DNA of 64,000 bases from the human T2T-CHM13v2.0 reference genome, Homo sapiens, in the NCBI RefSeq assembly GCF_009914755.1, contig NC_060925.1. One strand, given 5' to 3'. Below are positions 1 through 14,770 of this stretch, in pieces. Position 1 is the first letter of the stretch. Each line of letters starts with the position of its first letter. The notes below the pieces were generated by a model. It made no database searches. It was not told the DNA's origin and saw nothing but the letters and a program-made list of their open reading frames with translations. Position numbers and translations under genes: made by a program.

Positions 1-949
1 TAACATTGCCCCAACCACTCATGATTATTGAACTCCTGTGGAGAGCCTGGTTTCCTAGTGATACGTGTACTCACAGAGTTGCAAGCCCATAAATTGACCT
101 ATCAGTAGGTGAGAACAACTCATTCCAATTTGACCATTACTGAGTCCTAGAGAGTTGCAATTAGAACTCTAACAATTGCTATATGAGAGAACTCCCAGGG
201 AAAAGTTTACAGCAAAGGAGCACAGAGATATTTAGGAAACATGTGGAGTCATAATGAAAAATAAGAATTTGTGTTGAGAAAATGCATATTAAATAAGGAG
301 AACAGTTTCTGCTCGCTGGAGATGTGCCCATTTCTTTTGCGGGTAGCATGGGATGCTGTTTTGCCCTTGATGGATCATGTTTTAGTAATTGCAGTGTCAG
401 TCCACTTGAAACACCTTGCCGTGAGTCAGAGATGACTATGAACTCGGCAGAAGTCATGGTGTTCTGAAAAGTCAGGCATGATAAACACAGGTTTTGTAGA
501 AGACTGGGGAGGTGTGGAAGTTAGATTTCAAAGGAGGCCAAATAAGTGTGCTCAGGTTTGCAAGTGAAATTGTTGTCAGTCACTTTTGTGCATTGCCTTT
601 TTCTCTGCAGAACATGAATGCCAAGAGAGATAATCCAAATTCCTATTTTTTGTTATACGTCAGCCTTGTTTGCCGTATTATTGAGACTGCAATTTATCTT
701 CATCAGGCTGTATTTACAGTAGTACCATGTGTTGCAAAATATAGCAGGTTTTTATTATTATTGGTTTTATGATGAGACCATATTGAAAAGGGGCCCTTAA
801 GAAACTTGAACACTTGGAAAGAGATATTTGCCGTTTGCTGCATGACTAGTTTTCTTTCTCTCTAATTTCTCATCACATTACTTCAACATTTTCAAGCCTT
901 CAGTGTTTTGCCATTTCCCTTAGGAAATGTTGTGAAGATAAAATACAGG

Positions 950-1150
950 AAAAGTTGCAAGATAAAATACAGGGCACCCAGTTAAATTTGAATTTCAAAT
1001 AAACAATGAATACTTTTTCAGTATAAGTATGCCCCATATATTGCAAGTGTTATATGACACATACTTGTACTAAAAAAATTTTTGTTTTTTATCTCAAATT
1101 CAAATTAAACTGGTAATCTTATATTTTTATTTGCTTAATCTGGCAAACCT
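950..1150. mobile_element. MER53 palindromic hAT MITE
   Basis: GTTGCAAGATAAAATACAGGGCACCCAGTTAAATTTGAATTTCA...TTCAAATTAAACTGG...AATCTGGCAAACCT matches the MER53 consensus. Internal inverted symmetry is visible. Confidence 0.85.
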
Positions 1151-1287
1151 GCCTTTGGACAAAAGTCTTAAATCCATAGCTACATAGAATACAGTGTTTC
1201 TCCTGTATACAGTTCCAATTTCATTAAAAGCCACTCACACTCCACCTTTTGTGTTCCAACCATATTCAGCTTAGTTCATTAAATATA

Positions 1288-2469
1288 CAGTCACTTGGCT
1301 CACAATGATGTTTCAATCAATGGAAGACCCTATATATGATGGTGGTGCCGTAAGATTAAAATGGAGCTGAAAAATTCCTATCACATAATGGCACCATAGC
1401 CATCCTAATGTTATAGAGCCATGCATTACTCATGTGTTTGTGGTGATGCTAGTGTAAATGAACTTACTGCACTGCCAATCATATAAAAGTATAGCACATG
1501 GCACATACAATTATCTTCAGTATATAATACTGGGTAATGATAATAAATGACTATGTTACTTGTTTATGTATTTACTGTACTATACTCTTTATCATTATTT
1601 TACTATGATCCTTCTACTTATTAAAAAAAAGTTAACTGCAAAACAGCCTCAGGCAGGTCCTTCAGGAGGTATTCCAGAAGAAAGTATTATTATCATAGGA
1701 GATGACAGCTCCATGTGTGTTATTGTTCCTGATGACCTTCCAGTGGGATAAGATATGGAGGTGGAAGGCAGTGATATTGATGATCCTGACATGGTATAGG
1801 CCTAGACAAATGTGTGTGTTTGTGCCTTAGTTTTTTTTAAGTTTAAAAAATAAATAAAAAATTTTTAAAATAGGAAAAAGCTTATAGAGTAAGAATATAA
1901 AGAAAAATTTTTTGTACAGCCATACAATATTTGTGTTTTAAGCTTAGTGTTATACAAAAGAGTTAAGAAGTTTAAAAAATTAAAAAGTTTATAAAAGTGA
2001 AAAGTTACAGTAAGGTAAGCTTAATTTATTGAAGAAAGAAAAAACATTTTAAATAAATTTAGCAAAGTCTAAAGTAAACAGTGTTTACAAAGTCTGCAGT
2101 AGTATACAATAAGTAATGTCCTAGGCCTTCACATTCATTTACAATTCACTCACTGACTGACAGAGAGATTTCCAGTCCTGCAAGCTCCAGTCATGTATGT
2201 GTTCCATACAAGTATACCTTTTTTTTAATCTTTTGTACCACAATTTTAGTGTACCTTTTCTATGCTTAGATATGTTTAGATACACAAATATTTCCTAGAC
2301 TACAGGTTTGTAGTCTAGGAGCAATAAGCTATACTATATAGCATAGGTGTGTAGCAGGCTATACCATGTAGGTTTGTGTAAGTACAGTCTATGATGTTTG
2401 CGCAAGTACTAAATTGCCCAGTGATGCATTTCTCAGAATATATTCCTGTCCTTAGGTAACTCATGATTG
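1288..2469 (+). mobile_element. Tigger3b (MER7B/Golem-derived) non-autonomous TcMar DNA transposon, full length
   Basis: Starts CAGTCAC and ends CATGATTG, flanked by TA on both sides (1286-1287, 2470-2471). Contains GATTAAAATGGAGCTGAAAAATTCCTATC and CAGCCTCAGGCAGGTCCTTCAGGAGGTATTCCAGAAG. Length ~1.18 kb. Confidence 0.88.
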
Positions 2470-2658
2470 TATTATATGTTCTCTGTGCCATGCCTTTACA
2501 ATGCTATCCTCTTAGCCTAGACAATTCCTACTTCCACCACCAACAACCTATTTATTTGCCCAGCCAACTGATATTTGTTCAAATCTTTGAAAGTTTCATT
2601 AGGAAGACCAATTTTTCAGTCTTGTCCTAGTTAGGGTTTTAGTGGAATAATAAACCTA

Positions 2659-2935
<277 letters not shown>

Positions 2936-5900
2936 CTCTGTGTTGACCTCTTAAATTTGGATTCAGTTGAGAAATAAGGCATAGAGGACAAACAGAAAGA
3001 ATTCAAAATTGACTAAAGAATATGATTATAAATTTGCAGCCAGATAGACCTCTACTTTCCTTGAATTTGACCTAATCTCCCAAATTGGAGGCCTTAAGAG
3101 GCAAAACAAAAAGTCTGAGTTGAGTGTTTTCTCCCTAACTGATGAGTCAGATAAGTCACTCTTCCTTCCTTGGGGCTGGAGAGAAACTTGGAGGCTTTCT
3201 GCTCTAGCTTTCCTTTGAAGGGAGTTGAGTGGAAATTATCTCTGCTCTCCACTCTGACTTTGAAAAATTGGGAATGTGAAATAAGTGCGTATCCACCAGA
3301 TAAAAATCTGGCCACCAGATTTTTATTCTCTTAATAAGATTATCCATTAGGTCTATGGTCAACTATTGGTGTGGCCAGTTCATTAGTGGGAGGTAAGGAT
3401 GGTCATGCTATTACCTTCATGAAGTCACTTCACCATATAGATGGCTGATCTTTTGTGATTCTTCCAGGCAACTGGTGGGCAGGGTAGCTTTGCCCTCTAG
3501 AAGACCCTGAAATGGGTCAGAATTGAATTAACTTGGAATTCCTTCTGAATCCTGAGTAGAGCATACATTCTTTATTTAATTTTACATCCTGATTTATATC
3601 TAGCCATGTTGTCTAGGAATAATCCTAAAAAATGTAAATTTGAATAAAATCATCTATTATGAAGAACATGAGTAAAAAAGGAAGTCCAATAATGACATCT
3701 CTTTTTCTAAATGTTAAGACCTAACAAAGTGCAAAATACGCTTAGTCATGATCAGTCACTTTCTTCTTCTGCTTAATCTTAACACAGAGGCATCCCCAGT
3801 TTGAGAACTGTGTGGAGTTGGGATTGGGTAGATAGGCACCTGGTCTATCTTCTGCTAAATAGTATAGTTTCTGAGGCAGGCTCACAGTGGAAATAATCCA
3901 GACCAAACCCTCTCATAGGCCATGATTTTTCTAATATTTTGACACAAAAGACTGTTATAACATCAACCTCACCTTATAAAATTAAAAACTCAAGTCAAAT
4001 CTAGCCTCTATAGAAATATTGTTCCCAAAACCCAGTACTCTATATTATACAGGTCCATGAAACTGTTAATGGAAATGAGAACAGATATTCAGTAATTGAG
4101 GGAAAGAGGAGACATACAGGGAAATATTATCTTTGAGTCTGACCAGGTTGCATGCAGCTCATGTCAGTTACAGGAAGGCTACAGACCATAAAAATTAAAC
4201 TTAAGAAAAATCTCCCATAAGCTCAATTGTAGCACTATGTTTGCCATTTAGAGAGAGAAAGTTGGGGAAGGATGCACTCCTGCAAACCATCTCAACTCTC
4301 AGAGAATAGCACTTGAGACATTCCTGCCCTCTTTCAAAGACATTGGAACTGGACATAAGTGGCAGCTTCAGCCATCAAATCTTATTAGACATGCCTTTCC
4401 TTCCCATCTACCATATGCAAAATCTATTTGCATTTTATTCTAAATGCCTAGCACTTAGGAGTGGGGGGTTAAGTTGTATGTTTTGTCTAGTAATATAGAC
4501 TCTACTCTTTTCTTATGAGCTGGCATTTTTGTCTTGTGCCTTAGCAGTCATTGCCACTGCCTCTTGCTGTTAAAGTCCTTGACACTTGAAACCTGTCTTC
4601 TTCACTTTTGTTTATGCTGGGAAATCACATGCAGCTTCCTGCATTGAAAATGCTGTTGGTGCTTCTGAACCCTGAGCGCCCTGGGCCCAGTGAGCACCAA
4701 GATGGCTGCCATTTTCCACTTAATGTCTTACCTTTCCAGGCTCCCTTCAGAGAAGCAACCCCAGTCTTCTTTCTAAAACCCCAACTGTCTTTTTCATTCT
4801 TTATATTTCATCATCCTTACCTACCCAGAGATAATACAACTATCATGCTTTTAATACATTTAGATTGTTTTGAATTTTTATTTTTTCTAGTGTTACTGTT
4901 CTAATAGTCAGAAATAAAAAATAAAAATATTTTATGATAATTTTGTGACAATTTATCCCTCCTTGATTTGCTTGACAAGCTTGACTTCTAAAGTCTAAAT
5001 ATTCTGAATACATTTCTTCTCAGCTCATGGGTTTGCAAAAAATTCATGGAATTGTTTCTCCACATCAATCCAAGAAGAGCCCACATTCCTTTCAAGATAT
5101 TAACTAATTGTTACTTAACAGAAATTAACACACTTCTGTGGTCAATATCATAGTATAAGTCTCCAATTTAAAGCCATAGTCAAGGCTTATGTAACCAACA
5201 AATCAGAGCGCTAACCTAAGACAACTTGGTAGAGGGGATGATGACCCAGGAGCTTATGGACAACCTAAATGAATCCTAGAATTTAGATAGGATATGTTTC
5301 CCAGTTAGCCCTGTGCCATGATCAAAGCTACATAAAGAACAGAATTTGGAGCTCCTGAACCTACATTCCTTCCCTGTACCTGACACAAACACATCAGTTT
5401 TCAGTGATCCTCAATGCACTTAGCTGCCTTTAGAATTTAAAAGTTCAGTCTATAATCTTAACTGAGAAATTCAGTAAATGCAGGAAAAAAGTTGTTCTGC
5501 CTACCAAGATGTCAAAAAGCCCGTGTATCGAAGCTCTGCCTATCTTAAGGTGCTGTTTAGGTAGAATGATACTCTTTCCTCTATTATGTGATCCTTTAGT
5601 TGTTCCTTCTTAAAAAAAATCCAAGTCAGTCACAAAGATCCCCACAGTCCCAGCTTACAATCTCCCAAGGGTCACCATCCTCAGTCACCAAGGGCAAGGC
5701 CCCACATGGTTAAATTGACTAATTCCCTGCTATATTTCAATGCCTCTTCAGTTTAAGCCCAAGTTCTCAATTTCTCTATTTGCCAGTGGGTTAATTTGAT
5801 TCTTAAATGCAAGTTTTTGGCAACTATTTCTTTGATATCTGACAAAGGCATCAAGATGAAGGGCTTTAAGGGATATTGATAAATAACATTTATTTTCTCT

Positions 5901-6364
5901 TCTGGGTTGAGAATTATTGCAAAATAAGGCCAGATGGAGGAATATAGAAATGTCAGCTCAATTTTAGTTCCATAAAAATGATTAGAAAATATGATTTAGC
6001 TCTGATGCTGATGCCTGAATTGAACCAACCCTTCACCATTTCTGGCTTTCTCCCAGCAGGGCCAGACAGTCTGTGCTGAACTAACCAATTAGAGAAGTGG
6101 TGATCATGGGAAACCCTCCCTGGAGGTTTTTTATTCAAAAGAGAGAACCAGGGAGGTTGAGCATGCGCTGCCTGACCCCACTGCACTGCACCATCCAGTC
6201 AGCCATTCCTTTGTTGGGGAAGATGTGAGTGAGGGTGTAGAGAGAAAATAAAAATCAAAGGAGTAGAGAATTAAAGTCCTGGCCCCAACTCCCCTGATAA
6301 AGTCAACGTTCCCTGTTATGAAAGTTCTAGCAACTCTATTTCTTATGTTATCTGTCTTCAAAGA

Positions 6365-6462
6365 TATAACGTCCTTGAAGGTAGGGATTCTGTTTGCTTT
6401 GTTTGTCACTATATCCTTGACAACCAGCTGGCACTCAGTAAATATTTGCAGAATGAATAAAA
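6365..6462 (+). mobile_element. L2 3' end fragment
   Basis: CCTTGAAGGTAGGGATTCTGTTTG...GGCACTCAGTAAATATTTGCAGAATGAATAAA, a typical L2 terminus. Confidence 0.65.
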
Positions 6463-7189
6463 GATTGCATGGGTTCACTAGTGTGGAATTCTGGGAGAAA
6501 CTTAGGTTGCAGCAACTGGCAATGGTATTACCTGGAGACCCAGATATAAGACATTCTTTCTGCTCTCTTTCTGCACAGGAGAAAATAGCATGACTGTGAT
6601 ATAAGGATATTTACCATGTCATTGTCCCCTCTGCATCCTATTTCTGGCATTGCAGAGTATCAGTGCATAGCCCCAGGGACCCATCAGTCATTCTCTTCCT
6701 ATGCAGTGGCAGCAGGATAATATTCTAGTTATCTGTCTCCTGAGACAACTGAGTAGTTCCAAGAAACCTCCTCACAGAATGACAAGTTAACTGAATATCT
6801 TCAATTAAAGAACGTTGTATACAATGTTTTTTATTTTATTTTTCTTAAACTCTATTTTTAATGTAAAGCTGTAACTCAAAAGCTTTCATATTAGTGACCA
6901 AATAGTTCAGAAACTAGTTTTTCAATATGTATAAGCATTTTTAAGAGAAATGGTATTGATCACAAAGCTTCCTTCTTTGCTATAATTCTGTGTGGAAATG
7001 ATGGCAAGGAGGACATATGGGGAAAAAATAACTCCTTATATCCTTTCAAAAGACTGGAAGTGAAATCCTCAATGGAAAAAAATTAAGTAGATCCTACATA
7101 AAATTGGATGGAGGCCATTCACTCAATCCTATCCATCAGCTGGTATTATATAATCAGTATTCACTGAGGAGTGGGCTTCCTTGGATAAT

Positions 7190-7440
7190 AATTACTTTCA
7201 ATTATAAAGTACTCACTGTATATGCCAGACATGGTGCATTATGCTTACTACACAAGACGTCAATCATCCTATATAAACTTTGAATCAGATACTATGATTC
7301 TCATTGTAAAGATGGGAAAACAGAGGTTTAAAGAGGTCACCTAAAGAACTCAAGTTTACAAAACCAATAATATGCAGCAGGATTAATAACACGAGTCTGT
7401 CTCTTTCTGAAGCCCATACTCATTACTGATAAACTACAAT
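7190..7440 (-). mobile_element. MIR
   Basis: Diverged core CTCATTGTAAAGATGGGAAAACAGAGGTTTAAAGAGG with matching flanks. Confidence 0.7.
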
Positions 7441-7863
7441 GCACCCAAGATACTTCAAAGAGAAAAATAAGTATAGCATATTTGAACTGGCTATAAATTA
7501 GTGTTGAAAGGAGAAAGCCAAAAGATGGGGCACCAAAAGTGTTTAAAGGATTCTATCCTACTTGCCTGGTAGGGGTGAATTCCAGTAGAAATAAAAAGTG
7601 TGCAATTGTTAAAGTTTCCTCTGCCATAAGATCCTCAGCAAACAGGCATGGAGGGAATAGAAGGCTGTACAAAGATGTGGAGCAGAGCATAATATTGAAG
7701 GACTTGTGAGGACTGGACTGGATGAAATGAGAGCCCAGAACTCTAAGTAGAAATAGTCCTAAAAAAGTTATCCACCTACCTCATGTAGCAGATGTCCAGA
7801 AGAGGGGGCTCCTGCTTTAGAATGCAGTCTGGTCCTGTGGGCCATCCTTGGTAATCAAGGCAC

Positions 7864-8262
7864 TTTTTTAAAACTTTTACGTTCAGGGATACAAGTTCAG
7901 ATTTGTTACATAGGTAAATCAATCTACATGCCCATCAGTGATAGGCTAAAGAAAGTGTGGTACATATACACCATGGAATACTAAGCAACTGTAAAGAAGA
8001 ACAAGATCATGTCATTTGTAGGGACATGGATGGAGCTGAAGGCCATTATCCTTAGCAAACTAACACAGGAACAGAAAATCAAATACCACATGTGCTCACT
8101 TATAAGTAGAAGCTAACTGATGAGAACACATGGACACCCAGAGGGGAACAACATACACTGGGGCCTTTCAGAGGGTGGAGGGGGAAGGAGGGAGAGGATC
8201 AGGAAAAATAATGAATGGGTACTAGGCTTAATACCTGGGTGATAAAATAATCTGTGCAACAA
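7864..8262 (-). mobile_element. L1PA13-like 3' fragment with 5' inversion (twin priming)
   Basis: Poly-T plus antisense 3' end (7864-7918) is joined to sense-orientation 3'UTR (7919-8262). TSD-like AATCAAGGCA (7853-7862) / AATCATGGCA (8261-8270). Confidence 0.88.
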
Positions 8263-9044
8263 TCATGGCATGTTGATAGCAGGGAAGGTTGAGCAGGGGC
8301 AGCTCATTTGAGAGGTTTTTAAGTTTAAAACACAATGTTTCTGAGATTCCATCATAAGTACTATTTGTTAATAGAGTATGTACGTACTACATACTAGTAG
8401 CACATCTAACCTCCACAAAATAAAACTTGTCCTTCTTTTGGATGGATATATATTGATGTATATGTGTATACACATATAGTCCTTAGCTCTTGAGAAAGTT
8501 TAAAGCACACAGAACTATGCTTGTGTTTCTAAATTTCTTCTGAATTTCTCTTTTAAGCCTAAGTTGCAGTTTAATTACTTTACATTGCCATAAAAGGCAG
8601 ACTGAATCCAGTCTATGCACTTGACAATAACAGCCTATAAAACTATAGATGAACCAGAGATCTATCCTAAGGAGACACAATGCTAGCTAAAGCTTAGATT
8701 TTTAAAAAATTAAATATATGGCTTCTGAGAGGACTGCATTTTTTTTCAAAAGAGTCATTTTCAGAACATCACAGTTAAGACAGGCATTAGTATAACCTCC
8801 GATCAAATTAAAAAATGCTTTGTACAGTGTCTTGAGAAGTAGTCATATAGATCCTTAAACACTGAAACCCCTGCTGGATAGGGAAATAATCAACTCCTCA
8901 AACAGCCATTTTCTTTTGGAGCTGTGCTGATCACTATAAAATTCTTATATCAATTTGATTTGAAAGATTCCTTTATAAGTTAGGATAGTGAAACTGGAAA
9001 AGACTTTAAAATTCACTTGGCAAAAACTCTTTTTTTATAATTAG

Positions 9045-9800
9045 TTCATCAATTCACTCTAGGAAGAAGCACTGTGAATCTGCTATGTGCCCCATATTGT
9101 TCTTAGAATGAGGAATATAGCAATGACTGCAATAAACAGAGGTCCCTAATCTATGGAACATATTCCTTTTAAATTAACTTGTTCAAAGTTACACTGAATT
9201 GGAGGGAAATGAAACAAACTTTGCATGCACTATGCTACATACATATGTTGTCTCCTTTATTCAGACTGCCTTCCCCTCCTTCATTCCCCCATCATGTTCT
9301 ACTAGTCATCAAAACATTGTCACCCATATTTTCAAGATCAGTCTCCTATATTTTCCCAAAGTCCTTTGTTTATAATGATGATGTGAAGTAACAGCAAAGG
9401 CTCTAAGATGTGTTTGAATTCTTGACATAGAACTTGCTATTTGGAAATGATGTGATAGAAAAATGATTTTAAATGATTTTACAAGGATGATTTTAAGACT
9501 TTAGGTCTGCATGACTGAAAGAAAGAAGTTGGCATCAACTAAGATTTAGAATGCAATCAATAAAGCTGGTTGTGGAGGATGAGGAGGAGGCAGCAGTTTT
9601 TGATATAAGGCTGAGATACCTATTTGGCATTCAAGTGGAGATATCATGTTGGTTCTTAATTATAAGAAAGCTTGAGGGAAAGCAGTAGGAGAAGAGATGA
9701 TCTTAGATGTGTATGTTTGTGTGTGCATGTGTGTGCATGGCATCAGCATATAGGTAACATTTAAAGCCATGAGTCTGTATAAGTTTACCAAGAGGCAAAG
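9045..9800 (-). mobile_element. L2 fragments (discontinuous)
   Basis: CTGCTATGTGCC...GTCCCTAATCTATGGAAC; GAGATACCTATTTGGCATTCAAGTGGAGATATCA; CATCAGCATATAGGTAACATTTAAAGCCATGAG. Confidence 0.6.
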
Positions 9801-10802
9801 CCTAGGCCAAAAATGGAAGAGAATGGTTGGTGTTATGTTGTTTAAGAGAGAGAGAAAAGTGTCAAATGGTTATTTAGGAGAATGGAGACAGTGAACAGAG
9901 TAAGAAAACAGTATGATTTCCAGACAGCATTAAAGGCACACTTCAGATTCATCCTCATGAATCCAAAGGGAGACTAGTTAGTATCTGATTTTTGTTTCCC
10001 TCTGGCCACATTCTGTTGCATGAGTGCAGGTAAAGTATAGATGAAAGACTGAGTTTAACATTTCAGACATCCTTAAATACATCCTGCATGAACTCTAGCC
10101 GTCTGGGAAATATATGGATAACTAGCGTCAGATTTGCGTGTAAGAAGAAAATATATTGGTGGGTTACCCTTTACATGTAGAAGGTGCGACTCCAAGTACA
10201 TGAGTTAAAAGGATACAATTAAATATGCACAGAGAAAAAAATGTACTCTGCATAGGAAATTACAAGTGTTTAGTAATGGAGAAAGTAGAAAGTGAAGAGG
10301 GTGCTTGTGAAAGAACAGATCAGCAACATGATGGGAACCAGAGTCTGACGAGGAGCACGGAGAAGGGAAAACTTCTGGTGGCCAGGCAGCAAGTAGATGG
10401 GATAAACAAAAATGACTGGTTTCCATTATCTTAAATATTTTAGGATAATACAACCCAGTTACTCTAAACATTTAATAAAGTCTGCCATACACACAAAAAC
10501 CTGAATGAATGGGCAGAAAAATTAAAGGAAAATCAGAGATGAGAGAAGAAAACAGCCATGTTAAATGAGACATGAGTCAGAGATAAAAAGCAGCAAAAAC
10601 TTAGAACAGGAAATATCCAGGAGGCCATAAACACACAGGGTTGTACAGGAGTTCGAGAAGGACATTAGACATAATGTTGAGTTTGTGGGTTCAGTTCTAT
10701 TTTTTATTATGTTTTATTTTTTCTTTTTCTTTTTTCATGCATGCTTTATCTTTAAAATGTACATTTTAAACAATAGCAACATATCAGCTGATGTTTCAGT
10801 TA

Positions 10803-11205
10803 AATAATGATAATAGCCACCATTTTTGAGTGCTTACTATGTGCCATGCATACCTACATATATGTCTACTATGAAATAACTTTTCTCATTACAACGCCTT
10901 GCAAAATAGGCATTATTAATTTTTGATGATACTGTTAATAAAACATCTATTTATGGCTGACTTTTTATCATTGATGTCTGCATTGCAGTTGATATAATTT
11001 ATCATGTTTTGTGAAATGCTATTAAATTGCTGACATGTCTGCTTGATATCATCTTAAAATTTAAAAAACGTAGCAATATTCTCACTTTATAAGTGATAAA
11101 GCTAAAGTTCAAAAAGGTTAATTAACTTGTCCGATGTCCCACAAATCACTGTGCCAAGGATTCAAACTCATGTCTCTAGACTTCAAATTTCTGACTGTTT
11201 CCTCC
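10803..11205 (-). mobile_element. MIR split by a ~150-bp non-MIR insert (about 10918-11070)
   Basis: Left part CATTTTTGAGTGCTTACTATGTGCCA. Right part AAGGTTAATTAACTTGTCC...GGATTCAAACTCATGTCT. Confidence 0.65.
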
Positions 11206-12479
11206 TGTAAATTCTGATTATTTCTTCCACTATTTTAAAACAAGCCCTGATTCAACCTAGCAAGCCTAATTCCATTTGCACACCCAGGAATACATGTTCA
11301 TGTCATAAAAGCAAAACATTTTCACACAGCTACAATTCATCAGACTACAAAATTCTTGGTGTCAGCAGTGACACAGAAAGCTTCTCAGTGGCAGAAACAA
11401 AAGCAAGTAATGTAGCTATGTGATTTATTTTAAAAAGCAGAGGGGTCACAGAGAATAAGATAAATTCAGAAGGACGGAAAGAAATCTTGTTTTCTTACAG
11501 AAGCAAAGAGATGATGGGGAGTGGGGGAATCAACCAGAAGTAACTGATAAATTTGAAACACAAAAGTGATGCAATCAGTTGGCGGAAACAAAATTCAGCC
11601 AAAGTGGTTGTTCCATGTGGTGAAACAAGTATTTACAAAACCATCAATCACTCATCATAAAACCTCAATGATACCTTTCAACACGATGTCCTTATATGGA
11701 TCTAATCCACTCCAGCCAGTCTGGGAATCTTATTATTTCCCTAAATGCACCATACAGTTTGGGTCCTAGACAAAGAACTGGTGGACCAGGTCCAAAGCTG
11801 TGGCAGGAGAGCTAAGTCACAGGAGAGGGGGAGTTTGGAGCAGAGCCATGCTTGCTGAATTATAGCAGTCAGCCAAGGGAAGAAAATAACTAGTAATAAA
11901 AGCAGATCCCCTGGGGAAAAGCTATTACTAGAAATATTAAGCCAAGGGAATATGCAAAATAGCTAGTGGTAGAATGTTTTAGAAGGCAAATTCAGGACAA
12001 GCTTGAAATAAAAAGATTGATGGCTGGACAATGGCAAAGGGTTCATAAAGATAACAGATTTTTTTTAACCATTTGCCTTCTACATCTTTGTACTGCCACG
12101 GGTTTCATCTGGTAGAGTTTATCTTCAGGAACCTCTCACTACCTTTATGACTCAATTTAGATGCTCTTTTGTTTAAAAAAAATTGATCTGTGCAATTCCT
12201 TTCATATTTTAACTTTTTCCAAAATGACTCAGTATCCTAAACAGTTTTGTCCCAACTGACTAGTAAGACCACCTGGACTTTCCACCTCTGAGTACAATAC
12301 CATCTTCAATTTACATTCTCACCAGCATTATATAAAAGTTACCACTTTTCTGCTTCCAACACTTAGTCAGGTTCTAATAAAAGTTGAGCCCAATATTGCT
12401 GTAGTACAATTTTCTCCAAAATGCAGAAGAGAGAGTTTTGCAAAATCCGTAGATTACCCATAGGTGTATACGTGTTTAA

Positions 12480-13615
<1,136 letters not shown>

Positions 13616-13697
13616 TCTCCTGACTTTCAAAGCCCTCTGTATTTAAATCCTGTAGACCTCAGAAGTGTTTTCTATATTACAGTAATAGCACTAAATT

Positions 13698-13870
13698 CAC
13701 AGAATCAGAGAATCTTAAAGCTTGAAGGTAATAAATGGATTAAATAATCTGATTATCTAACTTCATAGATAGGAAAACTCAATCCCAGAGAAGCTAAATG
13801 AGTGCCCGGGGTCATAAAACCAGGTATTGGTAGTGCCAGTTTTAGAAGCATGTTGACTCGTATCCTCCTG
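13698..13870 (-). mobile_element. MIR3/MIR fragment
   Basis: CACAGAATCAGAGAATCTTAAAGCTTGAAGG and ATAGATAGGAAAACTCAATCCCAGAGAAGCTAAATGA. Confidence 0.55.
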
Positions 13871-14064
13871 CAGTGCCCTCTCCACAGAACTGGTGCACAG
13901 CACATACTAGAATGATTTCCTGTTTGAATTAAATGACAGCATAAAATGGAATCAAATAGGGGAAATATTCTTTGTTGAGTTCCTACCATGTGCAGTACTG
14001 TGTTAATTGCTTTGTAACCCCTGAGAGTGACTTGTCTTTGGACTTTGTCTTGTAAATCCGGGGG

Positions 14065-14395
14065 TTTTTTTGGTTTTGCTTGTTTGTTGGTTTTTTGTTT
14101 TTTGTTTTTGTTTTTTTGTTTTTGTTTTTGTTTTTGTTTTTGTTTTTGTTTTTGACAGAATCTAGCTCTGTCTCCCAGGCTGGAGTGCAGTGGCTTGATC
14201 TCGGCTCGCAGTAACCTCCACCTCCCGTGTTCAAGTGATTCTCCTGCCTCAGCCTCCTGAGTAACTGGGACTACAGGCACATGCCACCACACCCAGCTAA
14301 TTTTTGTATTTTTATAGAGATGGGGTTTCACCATGTTGGCCAGGATGGTCTCCATCTCTTGACCCAGTGATCCACCTGCCTCAGCCTCCCAAGTG
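14065..14395 (-). mobile_element. AluSc-like, 5'-truncated, tail expanded into a (TTTTTG)n microsatellite
   Basis: GGCCAGGATGGTCTCCATCTCTTGACC (Sc-type). Tail repeat at about 14092-14153. Confidence 0.9.
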
Positions 14396-14461
14396 AATGC
14401 TAGTTTATGTGCTCTTTCCTCTGCCTCTGTTCTATGAATGATAATTCTGAGTATACTCTTT

Positions 14462-14770
14462 GGTTCTATTCAATGCTGAGTCCAATATTGCTGTGGTACA
14501 ATCTTCTCCACCATGCAGAAGAGTTTTACAAAACATCTAAGTTATCCATTTGTGTGTGTGTTTATGTGGATGTGTGTGTGTAATATTAATGAATACACAC
14601 ATACATATATTGTATACATCAATTTGGAATTTATTTTTGAATATGGTCTTAGGATACTGATTTTTTTGCATATACCTATAAGCCAATTATTCCAGTGCAA
14701 ATTAACTAACATCTCACCATTTCCCACTGATTTCTAATGACACTTATGACATCTATGAAGTCCCATGTAT
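14462..14770 (+). repeat. Diverged local duplicate of 12370-12478 plus 13100-13255
   Basis: GAG(C/T)CCAATATTGCTGT(A/G)GTACAAT and ATAAGCCAATTAT(C/T)CCAGTGCAAATTAA...ACTGATTTCTAATGACAC are shared, in the same order. Confidence 0.85.

Noticed and set aside
6318-6593. 91-aa ORF with a hydrophobic, signal-peptide-like N-terminus (MKVLATLFLML...)
   Set aside because: It overlaps an L2 3' end. T-rich DNA yields hydrophobic peptides by chance, and I recognise no homology.
13753-14355. Longest ORF (200 aa) with KQKQKQ repeats
   Set aside because: Read-through of an Alu, its (CAAAAA)n tail and a MIR.
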